Shown here piece by piece: positions 28,702-39,058 of a DNA stretch of 64,000 bases. This DNA is from Patescibacteria group bacterium. GTDB lineage: Bacteria; Patescibacteriota; Saccharimonadia; UBA4664. Location: assembly GCA_028288925.1 (NCBI GenBank), contig JAQGHG010000019.1, positions 72,047-136,046 on the forward strand, given 5' to 3'. Every line of letters begins with the position of its first letter. Position 1 is the stretch's first letter. The notes under the pieces were generated by a model, which saw only the letters and a list, made by a program, of their open reading frames with translations, was not told the origin of the DNA and did not search any database. The translations under genes and the position numbers were made by a program.

Positions 28702-28878
28702 CTATGACAAGGCTGAACCAAGTTACAGTAGCAAAAATCAGCCCGTATTTCTACCCTTTGCGCTCTGCCCGAAGCCACCCGCCCCTAAAACAAAAAGTCT
28801 AATAGCCGGTACCTACCGACTATTAGAGGTTCTTCAATGCTTTACGCTCACCGGCTATCCCAGCGGAACGATTCTGAG

Positions 28879-29055
28879 CTAGCTAATCCCTTTGTACTTG
28901 GGAAACCGCTGCTCGTAGCGCTCGGCCAGAAATTCGTACTTCTGCTCCAGTGCCCGCTTCGCTTCGTCCGGACTCATGTAAAACACATCGTACAGGTCTT
29001 GCTGTTGCGTTTGAATATTCGACGACTTTATTTTGCGTATTCGAGATCGCCCCAC
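28879..29055 (-). CDS. Small hypothetical protein (58 aa)
   Basis: GAGG SD plus GTG; downstream terminator hairpin at about 28798-28827. Confidence 0.55.
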   Translation of the reverse strand: MGRSRIRKIKSSNIQTQQQDLYDVFYMSPDEAKRALEQKYEFLAERYEQRFPKYKGIS

Positions 29056-29177
29056 GGTTCTACCCTCATTAAGATTGTAGACACAGTATGACCGCCGCTT
29101 CACCCCCGAGCATTAGGACAACTTACAAAGCTAATGACATCAAGCCCATTACTTTTGGGGATACCGGCAATGCCAAT

Positions 29178-29603
29178 TCAGCGATTAAGGTAGGTCTTAA
29201 AAATATACCCAACCAGACCGTTATATTCGACTTGCTGCCATTGGGCGTCACTGTCGGGCAGTAATCGCACCCGGGTATCGCCGTCCAAGTCAGCCAAGAT
29301 AGCTGTAGCGGTCGATTTGCCGGCCCGCATGTGTACAAATGAGTTCGTAATCGCGGTCGGCCCGTCCGAGGACGGACCAAGCGTAGGCACGGGAGTCGCC
29401 GGCGCCGCTGAAGCCGGCGTAGCCGAAGGAGCCGGCTTGGGTGTGGGCGCCGGAGTCGCGTGGCCGACGGGACGCGACAAAGTATCGTCCATAATGCCAC
29501 CGCGGTGGCCGATCGCCAACGTCGCTTCGGTAAGACCACCGGCCAGCACCGCCAAGGTCAGGATACCGCCAAATATCGCCAGCCCCCTACTCACCGATGC
29601 CAT
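29178..29603 (-). CDS. Membrane-anchored SH3b-domain protein
   Basis: TM segment, Pro/Thr linker, VHMRAGKST...WQQVEYNGLVGYI. Confidence 0.85.
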   Translation of the reverse strand: MASVSRGLAIFGGILTLAVLAGGLTEATLAIGHRGGIMDDTLSRPVGHATPAPTPKPAPSATPASAAPATPVPTLGPSSDGPTAITNSFVHMRAGKSTATAILADLDGDTRVRLLPDSDAQWQQVEYNGLVGYIFKTYLNR

Positions 29604-29624
29604 GCGCCAGCTCTCCCGAATTCG

Positions 29625-29993
29625 TTACTGATAATACCGCACGTACAATGCCACGATCGCCGCCGCCACACCTATGATCACGAGCAAGCCGATCACAAAC
29701 TGCGCTACCACGCGCCATCCGCCGCCCCGCCTGGACGAAGCCTGCGGTTGCGATTGAGCCGGCTGCTGCGCCGCCGCGGGACGAGCCATCGGCTGCCGCT
29801 GAACCGGCGCTACCGGCCGCCGTCCCGCCGCCGGACGCGGCTGGGGCTGCTGCGCCGCCATCTGTGGCCTCGGCGCCTGGCCTAGCGGGCGTACCCGGGG
29901 CGCCGGCTGTTGCGGACGCGGCTGAGGAGCCCCGGCTGGGCGGCCGGCAGTCGGCCCGAAACCGTCCATCCGCCGCGGTCCCATGTCATTCAT
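29625..29993 (-). CDS. Pro/Gln/Arg-rich protein with C-terminal TM segment
   Basis: MDGF motif, low-complexity region, hydrophobic C-terminus. Confidence 0.65.
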   Translation of the reverse strand: MNDMGPRRMDGFGPTAGRPAGAPQPRPQQPAPRVRPLGQAPRPQMAAQQPQPRPAAGRRPVAPVQRQPMARPAAAQQPAQSQPQASSRRGGGWRVVAQFVIGLLVIIGVAAAIVALYVRYYQ

Positions 29994-30127
29994 TTTCCGT
30001 ATAGGTCGTTGATCCACGCTAAATCGTACCCAGTTATTACGTAGATCATACCACAAAAATTATTCCCGCTTACGCTTACGCCCCATCTCGCCCCGTACCA
30101 TAAGCGGTATTAAGCTATAATACGAAT

Positions 30128-30511
30128 ATGCCTAGCGTTCTATATGTAGAAGACACCGAAACCATGCAAAACATGTACGGCTTCGCCCTCAAGAGAGAGG
30201 GCTTCGATGTCACTATCACCGGCACCGCCGGCGAAGCCCTCGCCCGGATCGACGAGCACCAATACGATATTATCCTCCTGGACATGATGCTCTCAGGCAT
30301 GAGCGGGATGGACTTCCTCCAAGCCGCCAACCTCCGAGCCAAGAGCCCCGGCACTAAGATAGTGGTTCTTTCCAACGTTGATAATCCCAACATCGTAGAT
30401 AAAGTTCGAGCTTTCGGCGTCAGCGCCTACCTCATCAAGGCCGACTACGAGCCGCAAACCCTCGTTGTCTATCTCAAAAACCTCTTAAAGCCCACCCCAG
30501 AAGCCAAATGA
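30128..30511 (+). CDS. Single-domain response regulator
   Basis: VLYVED, ILLDMM, VVLSN, YLIK. Confidence 0.92.
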   Translation: MPSVLYVEDTETMQNMYGFALKREGFDVTITGTAGEALARIDEHQYDIILLDMMLSGMSGMDFLQAANLRAKSPGTKIVVLSNVDNPNIVDKVRAFGVSAYLIKADYEPQTLVVYLKNLLKPTPEAK

Positions 30512-32706
30512 GACTACCCGCCAAACTCATCCTTATCATCTGTGGAATGGGGCTCATTACCACCATCGTCGCCCCTATTGTCGTCTATGTAGCCGTCAGC
30601 GGAACTCTCAAGTCCACCATCTCAGCTAATCAACAAGCAACCGCCAGCACGACACTTGGGAAGATCGACCGCTTCATTTCCGAACGTATGGATGAGCTAG
30701 GCAACGTCGGCCGCGCCCAGCAATTCACCGCCTTGCTGGCCAGCCCGGACGGCACCAACCCGCAACTAGTCGAAACCGACCTCCATAGCGTCGCCCAGTT
30801 GGCCCAGGACTGGAACAACCTCACGCTCCTCGATCTCCATGGCAAAGCCGTGGCGGTTACCACCGAAAGCGATCGGAACAAAACCTTAGCTACGCTGGAG
30901 TCCAGCTTCGCCGGGCTCTACAACCGGGCCCTCACCGGCCAGACCGTCTATTCTGATGTTCTCAGATCCAATGAGGACGGCCCCACCCTCGCCATCATGA
31001 CACCCATCACCGACCGCACGGGTCAACCGGTCGGTGTCCTAGTCGGTGAGATTAATTGGAGCGCCGTACTCAGCATCCTGCACGAGCAAGGCAACGCCAC
31101 CACACTGCTCCTAAATCACAGTGGCTTGGAGATCGGCAGCAACCAAGCCGATACCCAAAATCGTATCCTCACAGCCGACCGGCACGCCTCTCCCATCTTC
31201 CAGCAAGCCAGCCACGGCGGTACCGGCACCATCGAGGCCGCCAACCCCGACAACCCCGAAGTCGCCACCCTCGCCTCGTATACCTCAGAGATAGGCTCAC
31301 GCAGTTACAAAGGTAACGGTTGGCATCTCCTCTTACTCCAGCCCACCAGCATCGCCTTCGCTCCGGCCAAAAATCTGGCTCTAGCCCTCCTAGCCGGCCT
31401 GCTCGTCGCATCGCTTGTCGTCTGTCTCATCATGTTCTGGGTCGCCCACCGGCTCATTACCCTGCCCATCCGCCGGCTCTCCACCGCTATCCAGAACATT
31501 AGCCTGGGCAACCTGGCCGAACGCCTCGAAGTCACCAGCCACGACGAGCTCGGCCAGCTCGCCACCACCTTCAACACCGTCACTACGCAGCTCGCCGCCA
31601 CCACCGTCAACCTCCAGCAAGAAAAGAGCCGCCTCGAGTCTTCCATCAACAGCCTACCCCTGGGGTTCATGCTCACCGACGCCGCCGGCGACATCATTAC
31701 CCTCAACCCCATCATGAACACCCTCCTCAACCTCAAAAACAAACCGCCCAAATTCACCAAAGGCAAGCACCAGACCGCCAACATCGCCTTCCTCCAGCAA
31801 TTGCTCGACCATTGTCAGACTACCCTCGCCAAGCGCCAAGCCTTCCACATCCCCGAGCAGTCCTACGACAACCGCATCTTCCGCCTTTTCTTCTCGCCCG
31901 TCATCCAAAACGACACGGCCATCGGTGTGGCCGTGCTAGTAGAAGACATCACCGAAGCCAAGCTCCTCGACCGCTCCAAGGACGAATTCTTCTCCATCGC
32001 CTCCCACGAGCTCCGCACTCCCCTCACCGCCATCCGCGGCAACACCTCCATGATCCAGCAATACTACGGCGAGAAGCTCAAGGACCAAGATCTCAAGGAG
32101 CTCGTCGGTGATATCCACGAATCCAGCCTGCGCCTCATCACCATCGTCAACGACTTCCTCGACGCTTCCCGCCTGGAGCAAGGCAAGATGAAGCTCACCC
32201 TGGAGCAATTCGATCTCAAACCCGTCATCGAGAGCGTCATCTACGAACTCGGCGCCCTGAGCCACGAAAAGAAAATCTATATCCGCACCGATAACACGCT
32301 CGGCACCCTCCCGCTGGTGTACGCGGACAAAAACCGTGTCAAACAAATCATCTACAACCTCACCGGCAACGCCATGCGCTTCACCGAAAAAGGCGGCATC
32401 ACCATCAAGCCCGAGGTCCAAGGCGACCAGCTCAAGGTCTACGTGACCGACACCGGCGACGGCATGAGCCCCGAGAACCAGCAGCTACTCTTTCACAAGT
32501 TCCAGCAAGCCAGCGATAACATCCTCACCCGCGACACCACCCGCGGCACCGGCCTGGGCCTCTACATTTGCCGCCTGCTTCTCGATAATATGAATGGCAA
32601 AATCAAACTCGAAAGCTCCGAGGTCGGCAAAGGCACCACCTTCAGCTTCACCCTGCCGCTCAACCCGCCCAAAAGCATCAAGGCTCCACAAGCCCCCAAG
32701 TCCTAG
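30508..32706 (+). CDS. Sensor histidine kinase (Cache-HAMP-PAS-like-HisKA-HATPase)
   Basis: Two TMs, DELGQLA, ASHELRTPL, NLTGNA, DTGDG, GTGLGL. Confidence 0.95.
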   Translation: MRLPAKLILIICGMGLITTIVAPIVVYVAVSGTLKSTISANQQATASTTLGKIDRFISERMDELGNVGRAQQFTALLASPDGTNPQLVETDLHSVAQLAQDWNNLTLLDLHGKAVAVTTESDRNKTLATLESSFAGLYNRALTGQTVYSDVLRSNEDGPTLAIMTPITDRTGQPVGVLVGEINWSAVLSILHEQGNATTLLLNHSGLEIGSNQADTQNRILTADRHASPIFQQASHGGTGTIEAANPDNPEVATLASYTSEIGSRSYKGNGWHLLLLQPTSIAFAPAKNLALALLAGLLVASLVVCLIMFWVAHRLITLPIRRLSTAIQNISLGNLAERLEVTSHDELGQLATTFNTVTTQLAATTVNLQQEKSRLESSINSLPLGFMLTDAAGDIITLNPIMNTLLNLKNKPPKFTKGKHQTANIAFLQQLLDHCQTTLAKRQAFHIPEQSYDNRIFRLFFSPVIQNDTAIGVAVLVEDITEAKLLDRSKDEFFSIASHELRTPLTAIRGNTSMIQQYYGEKLKDQDLKELVGDIHESSLRLITIVNDFLDASRLEQGKMKLTLEQFDLKPVIESVIYELGALSHEKKIYIRTDNTLGTLPLVYADKNRVKQIIYNLTGNAMRFTEKGGITIKPEVQGDQLKVYVTDTGDGMSPENQQLLFHKFQQASDNILTRDTTRGTGLGLYICRLLLDNMNGKIKLESSEVGKGTTFSFTLPLNPPKSIKAPQAPKS

Positions 32707-33440
32707 CCCTCAAACTCCACCAGCACCGGCAGATGATCCGATAATTCCGTCGGCACCACCCGCGACCGCACCGGCCGCAACGCGCCTTGGTACAGCACAT
32801 GATCCAGGCGCCATTTGAGCTCGTCATAGCGCCACGGCCCAATCTCAAACGGCTTGGTCGTCCAAGTCTTTTGACTCAGTGCCGGCCCGGCATGCTTCAG
32901 CCGGCCGCGCAGCGCCTGCACCGCCTTAGAGCGCGGGGTCGCGTTCATATCACCCGCCAAGATATACGGCCCCTCCGACGTCTCCTCCAGCAGCCGCCCA
33001 ATCATCTCCAGCTTATGCGCCGACGTCCGAAAGCGCGGGTGGAACGGCAAGTGAACGCTACCCACTTTTAGCCTTATGCCAGATGGTAGTTTTACCCACA
33101 AGCTCACATAAGAGCGTTCGTCGTGTACCACCTTTCCCTGCTTCACCAAACCCTCCTGCAACACTACCCGCTCGCCTCCAAACCCGCCGAACCGCGAAAA
33201 AATACCGCACCCTACCCGTGCCGGCCCACCGTCCGGCAGCGTCATAATTCCATAATCCCAAAATCCCTCGTAACCCAAGGCAGCGGCAATATACGCACCC
33301 GCATCCGGAGTAGCCTCCTGGTAACCCTGAGTTAGCTCCTGCAAACACACCACATCCGGGTTGAGCTCCTTAATAAAAGCCGCCACCGCCTCCACATTCT
33401 CGGAGTACATGATATTCCACTGCAGGACCGTCAAAACCAT
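32703..33440 (-). CDS. Endonuclease/exonuclease/phosphatase family protein
   Basis: LQWNI, DVVCLQE, AGDMN, LDHV, SDHLPV. Confidence 0.9.
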   Translation of the reverse strand: MVLTVLQWNIMYSENVEAVAAFIKELNPDVVCLQELTQGYQEATPDAGAYIAAALGYEGFWDYGIMTLPDGGPARVGCGIFSRFGGFGGERVVLQEGLVKQGKVVHDERSYVSLWVKLPSGIRLKVGSVHLPFHPRFRTSAHKLEMIGRLLEETSEGPYILAGDMNATPRSKAVQALRGRLKHAGPALSQKTWTTKPFEIGPWRYDELKWRLDHVLYQGALRPVRSRVVPTELSDHLPVLVEFEG

Positions 33441-33574
33441 GCCCTCAGTATAAGGCCCTCCAAACAGAAATGCTCTCGACGAAATTGGGAGCATCTCCGT
33501 CAAGAGCATAGCAGCCGGTAGTAAAGAAGCCCTAGAGCGGGCCTCCCAGATACCTCCAGCGCAGAATGGGCCTT

Positions 33575-33928
33575 TTACTTCCCTCCGCCCAAGCGCGATC
33601 GCCGGCGCTTGATTGCGCCCGGAGTACGCCGCCCGAGAAAAAGTTTGAAAAGCGACGATATGCTGAAACCCGAATACTGCAGCACCGTGTCTTCGTCTTC
33701 CGTCCATCGGCCCTTCGGCCCTTCAGGGCGGCCTCGAAGTCGGGACCGCTGGACCCGAATAGAGTTCTCGCTACGACGACCTAGAAGAATATTAGCGATT
33801 ATACTGTCACGAAAAGGCGCCCATCGGATGATCCTGTTCTCTTCTTCGCTCCACTCGGGAGCCCGACCCCTGGAACCAGGCTTTTTCGGAGTTGGCGTCA
33901 ACCCAACCACCTTCTTTCCTTGCGGCAA
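33575..33928 (-). CDS. Small basic protein with two Myb/SANT-like repeats
   Basis: WSEEENRII...LGRRSENSIRVQRSRL and WTEDEDTVL...LGRRTPGAIKRRRSRL; TTG start uncertain. Confidence 0.65.
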   Translation of the reverse strand: MPQGKKVVGLTPTPKKPGSRGRAPEWSEEENRIIRWAPFRDSIIANILLGRRSENSIRVQRSRLRGRPEGPKGRWTEDEDTVLQYSGFSISSLFKLFLGRRTPGAIKRRRSRLGGGK

Positions 33929-33983
33929 CTGAGTACATACGACTATAAAACAAGTTAGCCCAGGCGTCGAGTATAATAGAAGT

Positions 33984-34745
33984 ATGAAAAAACTCGTTGT
34001 AGTCGCGGATGATTTTGGTCTGTGCGAATCGGTCAACACCGGCATCGTCAGATCACATCAGCAAGGGATCGTTACCGAGCTCTCGTTCATGCTGGGATCG
34101 CCTGGTACCAATCATGCCCTCCGGCTCGCCGGCGAGGAGAACATAGCCAATATCGGCATCCATATGCTGCTCAAAAACTGGCGCGACACCGGCACCCTCG
34201 TCCACCGCGCCGATTACATTAAGCTCTTTGATGAAACCTCCGAAGCCGGGATCGCCCGCCTCGTCGAAAACGAGCTCCAGGAGTTCGAAACCGTCGTCGG
34301 CCACAAACCCAGCCACATCACCTCGCAGTTCGGCATCGCGGCGCATGCCAAAGCCATGCCCAGCGTCCTGGCCTACGCCCGCCGCCACGGCATTCCGCTA
34401 CGCCAACCCGTCATGACGCTGTACGGCGACGAGCCCGAGCAAAACCTCGCCAGCCTCAGCCTCATGAAGCAAAGCGGCGCCACCACCACTGACTATTTCT
34501 TCGCCCGCATAATGGAACCGGATTACGATACATTACTAAAGCAATACCAAGATGACTTCTCTACCATCCCAGACGGCCAATCCGCCGAGCTCGCCATCCA
34601 CCCGGGTCTCGTCGGAGCCGACCTCGCAGCCATGAGCAGCCTCGTTCACGAGCGCGCCCGCGACCTTCGGCTAGCCACCGACCCACAGCTGAGATCCTGG
34701 CTCGACAATCACGGCATCAAGCTCGTTCCCTACGACGAAATCTAG
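33984..34745 (+). CDS. ChbG/YdjC-family carbohydrate deacetylase
   Basis: VVADDFG, IGIH, PSHITS, ELAIHPG. Confidence 0.88.
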   Translation: MKKLVVVADDFGLCESVNTGIVRSHQQGIVTELSFMLGSPGTNHALRLAGEENIANIGIHMLLKNWRDTGTLVHRADYIKLFDETSEAGIARLVENELQEFETVVGHKPSHITSQFGIAAHAKAMPSVLAYARRHGIPLRQPVMTLYGDEPEQNLASLSLMKQSGATTTDYFFARIMEPDYDTLLKQYQDDFSTIPDGQSAELAIHPGLVGADLAAMSSLVHERARDLRLATDPQLRSWLDNHGIKLVPYDEI

Positions 34746-34817
34746 TCACATTACACATACCAAGAAAAAGCCCCGGGCTTAACCGCCAGGGGCTTCATTT
34801 CAAAGTCCGGCCGAAAA

Positions 34818-35123
34818 TTACATCGGCAGCGCTTCGTACACCTCTACGACAGCCGTCTCCGACGACTGCACCAGCGGGCAAGTCTTGGCCAGCTCCACGG
34901 CCTCGTCCATGCTGTCAGCCTTCACAATCGTGTAGCCGGTCACCGGCGAGCTCGTCACGTCGCTCACGCCACCCTTAGTCACGCTCCGGCCGTCGCCGAA
35001 CGGATTACCGGCGTCTACCACCTTGGCGCCCAGCTGGCCAAACCACGCGCCCCACGCCGCGGTAGTATCTTCCGTAGCGCTCGTGTCGGTAGTCTCGCGA
35101 TAAACAAATACGAAATTCTTCAT
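34818..35123 (-). CDS. YCII-related protein
   Basis: W.AWF..LG, GYTIVKADSMDEAVELAKTCP, VEVYE. Confidence 0.8.
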   Translation of the reverse strand: MKNFVFVYRETTDTSATEDTTAAWGAWFGQLGAKVVDAGNPFGDGRSVTKGGVSDVTSSPVTGYTIVKADSMDEAVELAKTCPLVQSSETAVVEVYEALPM

Positions 35124-35181
35124 AGAACCTTCTTTCTGCCCACATCAAGCAAATTATTTAAACAAACGTCGAACACAAAAG

Positions 35182-35517
35182 TTATGGCCGCATAGAGGCA
35201 ATGTAATTTTCCAATGTCTCTTCATCATTACCCCATTCGGTATGGTACTGCATGATCCAGCCTTGCACAGCCCGCCACTGACGCTTATTAAGCGCCACAA
35301 AGTTGGTCCGGCCGGCCTTCTTGCGAATCACCAGCTGAGCCTCCTCCAGCACCTTCAGGTGCTTGTAGATGCCCGGCAGCGATAGTCCGTGGTCCTCCGC
35401 CAAGACCGACACCGTCGCCGGCCGGAACGCCAGATCGTGCAAAATCGCCCGCCGCTTCTGGTGGGACAAGGCGGCAAATACCGCGTCGAGTTGGACTGGG
35501 TCGTGTAGTTTAGGCAT
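35182..35517 (-). CDS. ArsR/SmtB-family regulator
   Basis: FAALSHQKRRAIL, KHLKVLEEAQLV; GTTAAC-N6-GTTAAC at 35522-35539 upstream. Confidence 0.88.
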   Translation of the reverse strand: MPKLHDPVQLDAVFAALSHQKRRAILHDLAFRPATVSVLAEDHGLSLPGIYKHLKVLEEAQLVIRKKAGRTNFVALNKRQWRAVQGWIMQYHTEWGNDEETLENYIASMRP

Positions 35518-35658
35518 AATAGTTAACCAACTCGTTAACCTTATACCTTCCCAAACGACGGGTCAAGTACCACCAGGAGGCTAGGACATGCGTAAGGGCC
35601 ACCAGGGTGGCCCTTACGGGTAGCCCAGTGGCCCTTGGGAGCAGAGCGAGTGCTCTGG

Positions 35659-36150
35659 CTAGGGTCGGCGGAAGTTGCACGTCGAGTAGCTGTCTTTACC
35701 GTTCGTCGCGCGCGTTGCGTAGTCGCGATCAGGGTAAACCCGAACCCACGTCCGCCGTTGACGGTTGGTGATCTTGCCGAGGTCGATCGCCATCTCGCCG
35801 CCCACGAATGATGCGGGGAGAGTGACGTCGGGGTCGGTGATGGTGATTGTGCGGGTTCCCGCCACCGCATCGGTTCCGATGGTCTCGTCGAAGTACAGCT
35901 TGCCGAATCCAAGGTATCCACCGTCACCGTGGAAGTCGTCCCTGCAGGTCTCCTCCAGGGGCACTAGCCCCATCATGAAGGCCTGGAGTTCGGCGACCGA
36001 GTACAGGCCGCCCTCGGGAACGACGATGAAGTCGACTGTATGTGTCCAGTAGCCCCAGGGGTCAGGGAAGTACGTGTGCTCCTCGACGGCGAGGATAAGA
36101 GCCTCACCGTTCGAGCCGAGCGCCCTGTGTACAGTGGCCAGTTTGCTCAT
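35659..36150 (-). CDS. Hypothetical protein (ORFan-like)
   Basis: GAGGT SD, GC3-rich codons, hairpin downstream. Confidence 0.65.
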   Translation of the reverse strand: MSKLATVHRALGSNGEALILAVEEHTYFPDPWGYWTHTVDFIVVPEGGLYSVAELQAFMMGLVPLEETCRDDFHGDGGYLGFGKLYFDETIGTDAVAGTRTITITDPDVTLPASFVGGEMAIDLGKITNRQRRTWVRVYPDRDYATRATNGKDSYSTCNFRRP

Positions 36151-36208
36151 GAGTGCGACACCTCAATCTCTAGGAGTACGTGAGCAAACGCATTATGACA
36201 TAAAAATT

Positions 36209-37015
36209 CTAGGAAGCATAGGGTTTACTTTTTGCTAATAAAGTCCCCAGCCCCCGGTAACAAGCAGCCGGATCATCCAGCAGCATAAAGTGGCCCGCAC
36301 CCGGAATCTCCGCCTTCTCTACCAAGTCGGACACCACTTCTGCCTTGTAAGCATTCTTCTCACCGTATATGAACAGGCGCCTTACCTCCGAACCATTAAA
36401 GAGACCAAGCAGCTTCTCGCTCTGGGACCACTCCACGATCGAAACCGACGTCTTATAAAACACAAATGCCGGAATCATCTCGAGCCAGCGGCTCCGGAAA
36501 GACGCGCTCTTCTCGCCCGAGCCCTTAACCTTGTCCTTCATCTGCGCGTATCCCGTCTGCTCAAACTTGCCCAATGAAAGCTGGGCCACATCCTTGCTCG
36601 CCCCGCAGTCGGCCAGTACCAAGTTGCCCTCCAGATTGGAAAACGACATCACCCGCCCTCCGAGTTGTTTCAACAGCAGCGTGCCCACCATACCGCCCAA
36701 ACTATGACCAATCAAATGCAGCCGCTTCACTCCCAGCTCATCCAGCACCAGCTTCACCACCCCGGCCTGATCCTGTACGTCATACGAAAAGTCTTCCGGC
36801 TTGCCCGAATCGCCAAACCCGACAAAGCTTATCGCCAAAAGCGAATAACCGGCCAAAAACTCCTGCTGGAACAAATCCGCGAACAACTCTCCATTCGACT
36901 GGACCCCATGCAAGGCCACTACCCACTCATCCGAGCGCCGGGCCATAAGCACCGAAACCTTCAGCCCCTGACCCTTAAAACGAACGGTGATTGCTCGGTT
37001 CTCGAGAGTTATCAT
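36209..37015 (-). CDS. Alpha/beta hydrolase
   Basis: LHG, GFGDS, GHSLGG, AGHF. Confidence 0.9.
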   Translation of the reverse strand: MITLENRAITVRFKGQGLKVSVLMARRSDEWVVALHGVQSNGELFADLFQQEFLAGYSLLAISFVGFGDSGKPEDFSYDVQDQAGVVKLVLDELGVKRLHLIGHSLGGMVGTLLLKQLGGRVMSFSNLEGNLVLADCGASKDVAQLSLGKFEQTGYAQMKDKVKGSGEKSASFRSRWLEMIPAFVFYKTSVSIVEWSQSEKLLGLFNGSEVRRLFIYGEKNAYKAEVVSDLVEKAEIPGAGHFMLLDDPAACYRGLGTLLAKSKPYAS

Positions 37016-37075
37016 GTATTAACTATACCAAACAAAAAAGAGGCTTCGCAAAGCCTCAAATTTATAAATAAGAAC

Positions 37076-37151
37076 TGGCGGGCTCGACCGGATTTGAACC
37101 GGCGATCTCCTCCGTGACAGGGAGGCGTGTTAACCGCTACACTACGAGCCC
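37076..37151 (-). tRNA. tRNA-Asp(GTC)
   Basis: GGGCTCG...CCTCC-CTGTCAC-GGAGG...GGTTCAAATCC...CCA. Confidence 0.96.
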
Positions 37152-37226
37152 ACGGTTTCAATAACCGTCAAATAGTATCAGGTTTACGGCTACAGGGCAA
37201 TACTTGGACGGGTAGAGCGAGTCGTC

Positions 37227-37796
37227 CTACTTATCAGGCTTAACGTTCCCTCTCCCCCACTTGAGCACCCGCGCCATCCAGATCAGCTCATCGTACGAGC
37301 TCTGCACCAGCTTGCGATACACCGGCTCCAGTAGCTCGCCCTTCTCATCAAATAATGTCGGCACATTCGGGAAGTGTACATCGGTGAAGGTCGAAACCAG
37401 GCCCAGCTCCCGCACCGTCTGGTTCAGCGCCTCGATGGCCCGTACGCCACCCCAGCGGGTGCTCGACACCCCCGCGAACGCCACCGGCTTGTGAACGTAA
37501 TTCTTGAGCTCCGAATCCAACATCCGCTTGAGCGACCCCGGGAAGCTATGATTATACTCCGGCGACACGATGAAAAACGCGTCGGCCTTAGCTGTAATCG
37601 CCGTATATCGCGGGTCTTTGCCCTCAGGATCGTTACCGTCTCCCGGAAAATGAAAATCATTGGGATCTACGAAAGTAATCTCCACCCCCTTCTGTTCCCG
37701 GCCTACCTCGGCCACCAACCGCGCAGCATGAATCGAATCGCGCCGCACCCGCGTGGTACCTTCCAGCACCACGATCTGTAATGGTTGCACCCTCAC
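37227..37796 (-). CDS. NADPH-dependent FMN reductase
   Basis: GTTR, SPEYNHSFPGSLKRMLD, GGVRA. Confidence 0.9.
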   Translation of the reverse strand: MRVQPLQIVVLEGTTRVRRDSIHAARLVAEVGREQKGVEITFVDPNDFHFPGDGNDPEGKDPRYTAITAKADAFFIVSPEYNHSFPGSLKRMLDSELKNYVHKPVAFAGVSSTRWGGVRAIEALNQTVRELGLVSTFTDVHFPNVPTLFDEKGELLEPVYRKLVQSSYDELIWMARVLKWGRGNVKPDK

Positions 37797-37881
37797 CTCC
37801 TATTGATTCTAACTTTAGCACAAAGCCCGGTCATTTAGACCGGGCTCGGAGCAGTCGCCATCAGAATAAAGTACTTAAGCG

Positions 37882-39027
37882 TTAGACCTTCAGGTAGGTC
37901 TTGATCTTTGCCTTCTTCAACTGGTCCTGGAAGTACTGGTTGAAGTCGACCGTCTTGATCAAGATGTGCTGGGCGTGGATCGAGCCATCATCCTTCTTCT
38001 CGATCACTTTCAGCACCTCGTAGCCGTACTGGGTCTTGATAGCGTCCGAGACCTGTCCTGGCTGCAACGCCTCGGCCGCGGCCTGTACGTTGTCCGGCAG
38101 CTGGCCTTTGCTGAAGAAGCCTAGGTCGCCGCCGCTGGCCGCGTCCGAAGCCTGCGAATACTGCTTGGCCAGCGCCGCGAAGTCGCCGCCGTCCTTCACC
38201 TTCTTCAGCACGTCCTGAGCCTTGGCCTTGGCCGCGGCGTCTACGGCCGGGTCGGACGTCACCTTGGCTTCGAGGTTCTTGGTGAGGAGCTGCTTGCGCA
38301 CTACCCGCTTGAGGTCGTCCAGCTTCCAGCCGTAAATCTGGCTCAAGGTCTTCAGTAGTGTGTCCTTGCCGCCATAGCGCGTGTAGAGCTGGTTGACGAG
38401 GTCGTTGACCTCTTTGTCGGTCACTTTCACCTTCTTCTGATCAGCTAGCTGTGCCACCAGCGCGTCGCCCTGCAGCTTCTGCAGCGAATGCTGCTTGATC
38501 TGCGTTACCAGCTTCTTGCCGTCGGCCGACTTAAAGTCCACCGCCGGCTGATTGTTCAGCTTGGCATTGTTCTGATAAGCCCGTTCGTTCGCGTCGACTT
38601 CAAACAAGTAGTCCTTGTACGACACAAACTGTCCGTTCACATTCTGCACTGGGTACGGCAGCACCTGGGCAACCACCTTTACGGCTGGATTATCGCTCTT
38701 GTAAGCGTAAATCAGAACGCCGAACACCACGATTACCACTGCCAAGAGGCCAACCACCACAGCCGCCGCCATGATGAGCGTGCGCTTGAGATTACGCTTC
38801 TTCTTCGCGGGACCGTCAGGGGTTACCACCGCTACCGGCTCGGGCTCAACAGCCGCCTCAGTCTTCTCCTCGGGCACGACCTCATCTTTTGGCTCGGTCT
38901 TCACCTCGGCCTTCTTTGGCTTATCGGTCTTCTCGGTCTTCTTTTCCGGAACTTCCGGCTGAACCTGATCTTTGGCCAGCCCCTCATCGCTATTCGGCAA
39001 AATAAACTCCTCTATGGGACCAATCAC
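37882..39027 (-). CDS. PrsA/SurA-type parvulin peptidyl-prolyl isomerase
   Basis: TM anchor, DFAALAKQYS...GGDLG, KTQYGY, HILIK. Confidence 0.9.
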   Translation of the reverse strand: MIGPIEEFILPNSDEGLAKDQVQPEVPEKKTEKTDKPKKAEVKTEPKDEVVPEEKTEAAVEPEPVAVVTPDGPAKKKRNLKRTLIMAAAVVVGLLAVVIVVFGVLIYAYKSDNPAVKVVAQVLPYPVQNVNGQFVSYKDYLFEVDANERAYQNNAKLNNQPAVDFKSADGKKLVTQIKQHSLQKLQGDALVAQLADQKKVKVTDKEVNDLVNQLYTRYGGKDTLLKTLSQIYGWKLDDLKRVVRKQLLTKNLEAKVTSDPAVDAAAKAKAQDVLKKVKDGGDFAALAKQYSQASDAASGGDLGFFSKGQLPDNVQAAAEALQPGQVSDAIKTQYGYEVLKVIEKKDDGSIHAQHILIKTVDFNQYFQDQLKKAKIKTYLKV

Positions 39028-39058
39028 TAGCCCCAGCTTTATATGGTTTAATGCTAGC

